Assembly: GCA_016713365.1 (NCBI GenBank)
Contig: JADJPG010000006.1
Coordinates: 52,443 to 116,442, forward strand
Direction: 5' to 3'
Source of the DNA: Verrucomicrobiota bacterium
GTDB lineage: Bacteria > Verrucomicrobiota > Verrucomicrobiia > Limisphaerales > JADJPG01
DNA length: 64,000 bases
Below, piece by piece: positions 58,095 through 64,000 of this stretch. The stretch's first letter is position 1; every line of letters starts with the position of its first letter. The notes beneath the pieces were generated by a model. That model had not been told where the DNA came from, did no database searches, and worked only from the letters and a program-made list of their open reading frames with translations. A program made the position numbers and the translations under genes.

Positions 58095-61000
58095 GGGCAG
58101 ACTCCGTTAAATCCACATGCCCGCTCTGCCGCAAACGCATCATCGTTGTGCGCCCCACCGCCAACGTCATCGTTGCACTCATGGAAGAGTTCATGGATGA
58201 TTGAAGCCCCGAGACACCATCGTCCTTCTCGACACGTCCGAGCGCACATCCACACTTGCCAGCGGCCATCATTTCCGTAGGTGTAGCCGTATGTCTTACC
58301 GTCGCACGTTGCAGAATTAGGGTCGTTGTCGATTGAGACGGTAAGACTATTCAGACGGTCCAGCAGGTTATTGCATCGTGACGTCCTTCCAAAAAAATTA
58401 CGACACCGGCCACACGGCAAATTGATCGCCTTGCGCAGTATGTCCAGGGCGCGGTTGATGTTTGCCTGACAAGCGGAAACTTCATCGGGAGTCAAAGCAC
58501 TTTGTGTGAGGCCAAGTCGGTCCACTCGGTTGATTGCGTCGTTGGAAACGAAAGCATATCCGGGCTTTTTCGACTCCCGCAGCAATGTTGCTGGGCTGCT
58601 AGACCCTTCGAGCAAACGAGCCCGCAGGAACATTTCATCTCCCAACGGGTCTCTATTTAGCCACCTCCCCGCATTGGGATTGAGATACCGATAGCCGTAG
58701 TACGCATAGTCCGTCTCGTCATCCACGACCTTGGAGCTGAACCGCACCGGGTTCACCGTGGCCATCGTGTCGCTGGCGCGAATCGTCTGCCCAAACGGAT
58801 CATACTCATACCGCGCGGAGGCGCTGCCGGTCCTGCCATCCACCAGCGCCATCACGTTCCCGTTCCCGTCGTAGGCCGCGAAATGGCTGCCCGCCAGGGA
58901 ACCGGAGTGTTGCCGGAACGCAATCAATCCACCCACGCCACCCGCGCCCTGCATCGAGCCGCTGAGGTCCAATCCCCACAGAAAGGAACGGATGATGGCG
59001 GCATTGGTGCCATTGAAGGCCCCGAGCAGATTCCAGCCATCATACAGGAATTTCTCGTGCAGCACGCGCGTCCACGCGCTGCCCGTCCAGTTGCTCACCA
59101 CCTTGCTGTAACGCCTCCCCTGCGAGTCATACGCGAACTGAAGTGACTTGCGGCTGCCGCTCGGCCCGCTGGAATGGCTCGTCATGTCAATGAGCCGATT
59201 TTCGGCATCCCATTTGTTCGTCCAGCGTCCGTCGCTCGTCAGGTTGCCGTCGAGATCGTAGGTGTAAGCCTCCGCCGTTTTCGTCAGGAACAGGTTGCCT
59301 GTATTCGTCTGGTTCGTGCCCGTGAGTGACGCGATGTTCGTCACCGATTGCCAGAGCGCGGCGGAAGCGTTGTTCGCCGAGAGTTCCTTCCAAAAGTATT
59401 CACCCTTCCGGTAGGCGGACTGGCTGTTCACCGTCACGCTGGCATTGGCATTCGCGATGCCGAGCACATTGAGATACGCTGGCACATCGCGCGAGGTGTA
59501 TTGATTGAGGCTGTTCGCCGTGTAACTCGCGGAACGCAGTGCGCCGCCGGCGTCGTCACCGCCCGCCTTCGTGCTGGTGCGGTTGCCGATATCGTCGAAC
59601 GCGTATTCGTATTGCTGGCCGGCCACGGGGGTCCAATCGCTCCAATACCGCTTGCCACTGACCACCTGACCGAGCTTGTCGTATTCGTAAATCCAGAAGG
59701 AACCATCATCCAAGTTCACGCGCGTGCGCTGGTTGGCGTCGTTGTAGGCGTAATCGAACGACACGGCGGATTCGCCCGAGGCCCCCGGGGTGGAGGTGAT
59801 GTTTTGCAGGCGATTGAGGTAATCGTAGGTCTTCGCGGTCGTCATACGCGAGGTGGTGTTCGACCGGTAGGTAACCTGCGAGATCAACGGGGAGTTGGCA
59901 AGGTAGGAATAGCCTCCTTGATACGTGCCGTCCGTGACGTTGGTGATGCGTGAGGCGCCGTCGAACATGAACGAATGACTGAGGAGTGAAGTGTTGGTGG
60001 CATACCAGGCGTGATTGGTCCGGCGCTGGTATTGATCGTAGGTGAAGCGCAGGTTCTGCCCGATCATCTCGCCGCTGCTGTTCGTTTCGCCCAGCAACTG
60101 CCCGGTGGCATTGTAGGCGAGGAACCGGCTGCCAGAACCATCGACGATGTTCGTGCTGCGTCCAAGTCGGTCGAAGTTGTTCGTCACCGCTGGAGTGGTG
60201 TCTGAATAAGTGGTGGCGAAGATCTCGCCCACGCTGTTCGTGTGATAGGTAGTAACCGTCCCGCGCGCCCATGTGCGGGTGCGCAGCCTGCCTCCGGGGG
60301 TGTAAGAGTAGAATGGTCCCTTGCCGTCGTCATAGACCTTGTTCGTCAGGAAGCCGCGATAACCATCGTATCGCCAGGCCGTGGTGGCTTTGCCGGAATC
60401 GGTGGCGAAGGTCTTCCACGTAATCATGTTGGTCCGGCGCCCCTGCGGATCATACGCGTATTGCACCGGGTAATTGCGGCTGCCGTACGTCTTCTTGAGC
60501 TCACCGGTTGGATGATACTCGTTGGTAACGCTGGTGCCATCCGGCAGCACGGTGCGGCTCACGCGTCCGGCCCAATCATGCTCGTAAGTCGTCGTTTGCG
60601 CGGAAGCACCCTTCCCCGGCGGCGGCGTGGTCGTGGCCACGACCCGATCCGCATCGTTATACGTATAGAACGTGGTGCCGTTGCGGGCGTCGGTGGCGGC
60701 GTATTGGCGGCCGTGTTCGTCGTAGAAGTAGTCCACTCGACTGAGTTGCGTTCCAGCAGAGTTTTTGCGGGTTACGTTTTGCAGCAGGCCATTGGCGTAA
60801 TGGCTGATGCTCTGGGAGCCATCGGACGCGGTGTTCGTGCTATAGCGGGTTCCTCCACCGGCATACTTGGTCCGGCTTTGGTTCGTGAGCCCGTAACGGC
60901 TATTCCACGAAATCAGGCCATCGACGCTGGTGTCTGCCATGCCCAGCAGGTTGGATGTGGCAATGTTATTGGTGGACCAGACATAAGTGGCGACACGCTG

Positions 61001-63688
61001 GACATTGGCCGAGCCATTGTTGACGACAGAACGCACGGTCTGCTGGATGCGGTCGGTGCCGTTGGTGCTGACGATGCCGTCGCGATTGACGTCGGTGGCA
61101 ACAATGGATTGCTCCCCTTTTGCGTTGTAAGCATAGAGCGTGGTGACTCCATCCGGATCAACCGTTTTCACCAATTGACCCTTGATGTTGTAGAAAGATT
61201 CCCGCGTGGCACCGTCGGAATAGACCGTCTTGTAATTCCGGCCCAGCATGTCATTATACGTCTTGCTCCATTCGGAGGTGTCGCTGCCGGCGGCATCGAG
61301 TTTGATTTCCTTGGAGTAAAGACGCCAGATGCCGCCATCCTGCTCAGTGCCGTACTCGTAGCGGAGAGGATGCACGGCGGTTCCAGTGATTTTCGCCAGC
61401 TGTCCATCGCGATAATACAATTCAACGCGCGTGCTGCCGTCTGGATACGTCGTCGTCCGTAGCTTCTGGTAGTTGGTGATCGTCTCAGAGTAACTGGTTA
61501 CCGCACCGAGTGCATTCGTCGATGCGACCATTCGGCCTGTAGTGTCGTAACTTGCCGACTGTTGCACAATCTGTGTTCCATTTGATCCAATACGAATGGT
61601 TCTCACAATGTTCCCAGCAGCATCGAGTACGTTTGTCGTTGTAATTCCGTTCTGCTTCGTTCCTGTCTTGCGCTTCATGTTATCGCGTAAATAGGTAATC
61701 ACGGTGCCCTCGCGATTCGTGACCGTCTCTGCACCGCAGCAACCAGAATCCTTCCATGAGAATGTTCCGTCCATGTACGTAATTTTTCGTGGACGGTTGT
61801 ACGCATCATAGTCGCTGTAGAATTCCACAAAATTTGTTATTCCGGAAATGATGTCAGTCTCTGTCACGGTCACGAGCTGACCAAATCTCCCGAGAATCGA
61901 AACCAGTCGGCTACCATCAACAATGTTTGTCCTGTAGCCATCAGGTTGTCCTTTCATGACAACATTCGTGACAAACGCTTCTCCTCCAGCATTGGTATGG
62001 TAGGTGTACTGATACATCTCCATCACACCATTGGCATGCTCAACGCTCAACAACCGCGCTTTGTTTACACCGTTCGAATAGTACTTATATGTTCTGACTA
62101 GATTGCTCGAGTTGTTCCACTCAGCACCAGCAACGGCACAGTAGATCTCGCGCCGTTCCATCGGAAGATAGAGTTTGTATGTTCTGGCAATTTCGCGACC
62201 TTCAACGTACTCCACTACGCATCTCGGCTCAAAAGCTCTTTGTCTCCCTCGATCGGTTGCACCGGGCACCGCGTTGGAGCCGTAACGCAACTCCATGCTT
62301 CGTGATGTCGCAGGGTTGGTTGATAGCGCGTAATTCAAGAACGCCGAGTAGGTGTTGGTGCGCAGACCGTTCGTATGATATTCATGGAAGACCCAACCGC
62401 CATCCGCGTACTCTGCCTGCATTAAGTGTCCCTTGCTGCGGTAAGCGGTATTGGTATGGTAGACAAAGGAATTCGTTCTGCGATCGGTTCCGACTCCAAT
62501 TACATCGCGAATCATTGTTTCGCCAAACGCATTACTCTGGTATGTTTTGATGCTGCAGGTCACTAACCCATTGGTTCCGCGTGTGTCCAAAGTAACGATC
62601 CTTAGGTCGTTGGTGAATTCAGTGGACTTCTGCTGAATTCTTAAACCGCCGCCATGCACAAGTTCCCAGCCGTTGGTCTTCCACTCGTAGTTGGAAACCA
62701 CGCCGTCTCCGTCAGTAATGGACAATTTATTGCTCGTCAGACAACTCGTGTCCGGATTCGCTATGACTATTGTTGCCAGTGGCGCTCCGGAGAACGTGTA
62801 GAGACCATTTACATCCTTATTGGTGCTGCATACAGTGGAAGAGTAGATCTCGATCGAATAGCTGTAAGGTGCGTTGGACACGACGTTGGCATACCCCTCG
62901 GGTGCCCTGATTTGACGAATTGCATTGCCAACGCGGATGACTTCGCAGTCCGGATTGTTAGTACCGTGAGCATAGCGAAAGTCCAGGACCTGTGGGGTGC
63001 ACAGCAGGTTTGTTGGGTATTTCTCGTGTAGAGACAACGCACCGATCGATTTGCCGAATCCGTATCGCCCTAACCTGACGGTTGCTGCCACACTTCCAAC
63101 TTCGGTGCCAGTTGACCCCTGACTTTCCTCATCCTCAGGGGAACAATTGTCAGCACAGTCTTTCTTTACTGTTATTGCGCCTGTTTTGCGTTTTCCTCCC
63201 GAACCGGTAGCTACAACTGTGTATGAACCTGCTTGAACAGAATTAGGATCACTGACCTGTATAGTTGCATAAAATACACCCATATTATCTTTCGAAGCGC
63301 CAATGATAGCTATCCCACCGCCAACACTGGTTCCGTTTTGACCCTCCAACGACCATGTGACCGGCCCGAAGAACTCGTTACAGTACTGACCATTCACCCA
63401 CGTGTTGGTGGAATACGCATAGACACTCGCTCCAATTTGCGTCACGCAAGGAAGGTGCATGATTGCGTGACAGACATTGCCATCACCCCTATCACCACCG
63501 AGATGAACAACATCGCAGCCGCTCTGACATCCGGCAACGTTCTCGTCCTGCGAGACCCCTTGCGAGCAGAGCGGCCAAGAGACAACAGCCAAGAGAAGCC
63601 ACACAAGTTGCCATGTGAAGTGGCTATGGGCACAGGAAACCGAATGAGTAGAGAGGATTCCGATGGTATTGTTTCCCTGTGATTGCAT
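58091..63688 (-). CDS. Rhs/YD-repeat protein with signal peptide and C-terminal HExxH toxin domain
   Basis: 1865 aa, uninterrupted. N-terminal hydrophobic leader ..WQLVWLLLAVVSWPL... Dozens of YD-type repeats (..YxYDxxGR/N..). Core end ..YGYRYLNPNAGRWLNRDPLGDE..VDRLGL (58640-58699). Cys-rich tail with ..IIHELFHECNDD... Confidence 0.95.
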   Translation of the reverse strand: MQSQGNNTIGILSTHSVSCAHSHFTWQLVWLLLAVVSWPLCSQGVSQDENVAGCQSGCDVVHLGGDRGDGNVCHAIMHLPCVTQIGASVYAYSTNTWVNGQYCNEFFGPVTWSLEGQNGTSVGGGIAIIGASKDNMGVFYATIQVSDPNSVQAGSYTVVATGSGGKRKTGAITVKKDCADNCSPEDEESQGSTGTEVGSVAATVRLGRYGFGKSIGALSLHEKYPTNLLCTPQVLDFRYAHGTNNPDCEVIRVGNAIRQIRAPEGYANVVSNAPYSYSIEIYSSTVCSTNKDVNGLYTFSGAPLATIVIANPDTSCLTSNKLSITDGDGVVSNYEWKTNGWELVHGGGLRIQQKSTEFTNDLRIVTLDTRGTNGLVTCSIKTYQSNAFGETMIRDVIGVGTDRRTNSFVYHTNTAYRSKGHLMQAEYADGGWVFHEYHTNGLRTNTYSAFLNYALSTNPATSRSMELRYGSNAVPGATDRGRQRAFEPRCVVEYVEGREIARTYKLYLPMERREIYCAVAGAEWNNSSNLVRTYKYYSNGVNKARLLSVEHANGVMEMYQYTYHTNAGGEAFVTNVVMKGQPDGYRTNIVDGSRLVSILGRFGQLVTVTETDIISGITNFVEFYSDYDAYNRPRKITYMDGTFSWKDSGCCGAETVTNREGTVITYLRDNMKRKTGTKQNGITTTNVLDAAGNIVRTIRIGSNGTQIVQQSASYDTTGRMVASTNALGAVTSYSETITNYQKLRTTTYPDGSTRVELYYRDGQLAKITGTAVHPLRYEYGTEQDGGIWRLYSKEIKLDAAGSDTSEWSKTYNDMLGRNYKTVYSDGATRESFYNIKGQLVKTVDPDGVTTLYAYNAKGEQSIVATDVNRDGIVSTNGTDRIQQTVRSVVNNGSANVQRVATYVWSTNNIATSNLLGMADTSVDGLISWNSRYGLTNQSRTKYAGGGTRYSTNTASDGSQSISHYANGLLQNVTRKNSAGTQLSRVDYFYDEHGRQYAATDARNGTTFYTYNDADRVVATTTPPPGKGASAQTTTYEHDWAGRVSRTVLPDGTSVTNEYHPTGELKKTYGSRNYPVQYAYDPQGRRTNMITWKTFATDSGKATTAWRYDGYRGFLTNKVYDDGKGPFYSYTPGGRLRTRTWARGTVTTYHTNSVGEIFATTYSDTTPAVTNNFDRLGRSTNIVDGSGSRFLAYNATGQLLGETNSSGEMIGQNLRFTYDQYQRRTNHAWYATNTSLLSHSFMFDGASRITNVTDGTYQGGYSYLANSPLISQVTYRSNTTSRMTTAKTYDYLNRLQNITSTPGASGESAVSFDYAYNDANQRTRVNLDDGSFWIYEYDKLGQVVSGKRYWSDWTPVAGQQYEYAFDDIGNRTSTKAGGDDAGGALRSASYTANSLNQYTSRDVPAYLNVLGIANANASVTVNSQSAYRKGEYFWKELSANNASAALWQSVTNIASLTGTNQTNTGNLFLTKTAEAYTYDLDGNLTSDGRWTNKWDAENRLIDMTSHSSGPSGSRKSLQFAYDSQGRRYSKVVSNWTGSAWTRVLHEKFLYDGWNLLGAFNGTNAAIIRSFLWGLDLSGSMQGAGGVGGLIAFRQHSGSLAGSHFAAYDGNGNVMALVDGRTGSASARYEYDPFGQTIRASDTMATVNPVRFSSKVVDDETDYAYYGYRYLNPNAGRWLNRDPLGDEMFLRARLLEGSSSPATLLRESKKPGYAFVSNDAINRVDRLGLTQSALTPDEVSACQANINRALDILRKAINLPCGRCRNFFGRTSRCNNLLDRLNSLTVSIDNDPNSATCDGKTYGYTYGNDGRWQVWMCARTCREGRWCLGASIIHELFHECNDDVGGGAHNDDAFAAERACGFNGVCP

Positions 63689-63726
63689 TTTGATTCTCCT
63701 TCGATGTTCGAGCGATTATCAATCGG

Positions 63727-64000
63727 CTATTTTAGCGGGGTGAAGCTGACCAAGCCGGGGCCGTTCCCGCTTGCGGAAGTTGAATTGTAAACCTGCCAGT
63801 CGGTTTCTCCGGAATCCAGGCCGCCATTGCCGTTGATGTCCTCCAAATAGTCCGCTACCGCGTCACTCTCCGTGTTCACCGGGACGCCGCTCGCGTTCAA
63901 ACCGATGTAATGAAATCCAATATCGACCGTGGAATTGGTCTCACGCAACTGGTTAGTCGTCGTGGTAAAGTGGTAAAGTCCTGATAGATCCGCAGTGCGG
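63727..64000 (-). CDS. C-terminal fragment of a large secreted protein (N-terminus beyond window edge)
   Basis: The frame is open to nt 64000: ..YHFTTTTNQLRETNSTVDIGFHYIGLNASG..ADYLEDINGNGGLDSGETDW.. (Ca-binding thrombospondin-type-3-like DxDxDG motif), ..VSFTPLK-stop. Confidence 0.5.
   Translation of the reverse strand, partial: RTADLSGLYHFTTTTNQLRETNSTVDIGFHYIGLNASGVPVNTESDAVADYLEDINGNGGLDSGETDWQVYNSTSASGNGPGLVSFTPLK

Noticed and set aside
35541-64000. attR: a second copy of the tRNA-Leu 3' end marking the right end of the element
   Set aside because: I scanned the intergenic regions by eye (50185-50660, 54758-54846, 57284-57386, 63689-63726) and found no GGTTCGAGTCCCACC-like repeat. I cannot exclude a short or degenerate copy without a computed search.
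1-64000. Programmed ribosomal frameshifting as the explanation for the split genes
   Set aside because: The shifts occur in many unrelated genes and in both directions. Several of the sites I reconstructed lie at plain short homopolymers, with no slippery heptamer or downstream structure visible. Sequencing or assembly error is the simpler explanation.
1-64000. CRISPR arrays, rRNA genes, IS elements with terminal inverted repeats
   Set aside because: I saw no regularly spaced direct repeats, no rRNA-like conserved segments and no transposase ORFs while reading the window.

Overview
This is a 64-kb high-GC bacterial chromosome segment; most 60-nt lines I counted by hand are 57-77% GC. The gene content suggests a Verrucomicrobiota/Planctomycetota-type organism (inference only): Tat-signal Gfo/Idh/MocA oxidoreductases with a DUF6807/PmoA-like partner, a VPDSG-CTERM tail, multihaem cytochromes, FG-GAP proteins and SelO. 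nt 1-35.4k carries core-like genes. These include a 9-haem cytochrome, a REC-PAS histidine kinase plus receiver, ubiE, yebC, an envelope-lipid cluster (HpnN-like MMPL, a WPLY-repeat protein, mlaEFD, an LTXXQ protein), an MFS transporter, tmRNA (24868-25218), ndk, a phytase-like/HYR/PhoX fusion and selO. tRNA-Leu(UAA) at 35453-35540 is followed by a tyrosine integrase and a ~14.6-kb integrative/conjugative-element remnant. That remnant holds an excisionase-like HTH, a ~1600-aa methylase-helicase, a divergent XRE pair, a WYL regulator, and only trbJ-L-F-G-I of the T4SS. nt 50.7-63.7k is one minus-strand, lower-GC operon: a 1865-aa Rhs protein, three Sec-signal-bearing orphan Rhs-tip toxin cassettes with translationally coupled envelope-facing partner genes, a transglutaminase-like protein and a CotH kinase. 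This operon is the most unusual system in the window. About 20 single-base indels, those I reconstructed lying mostly in short homopolymers, break otherwise clear genes; I treat them as probable assembly errors and give full gene spans. I saw no rRNA gene and no CRISPR array.
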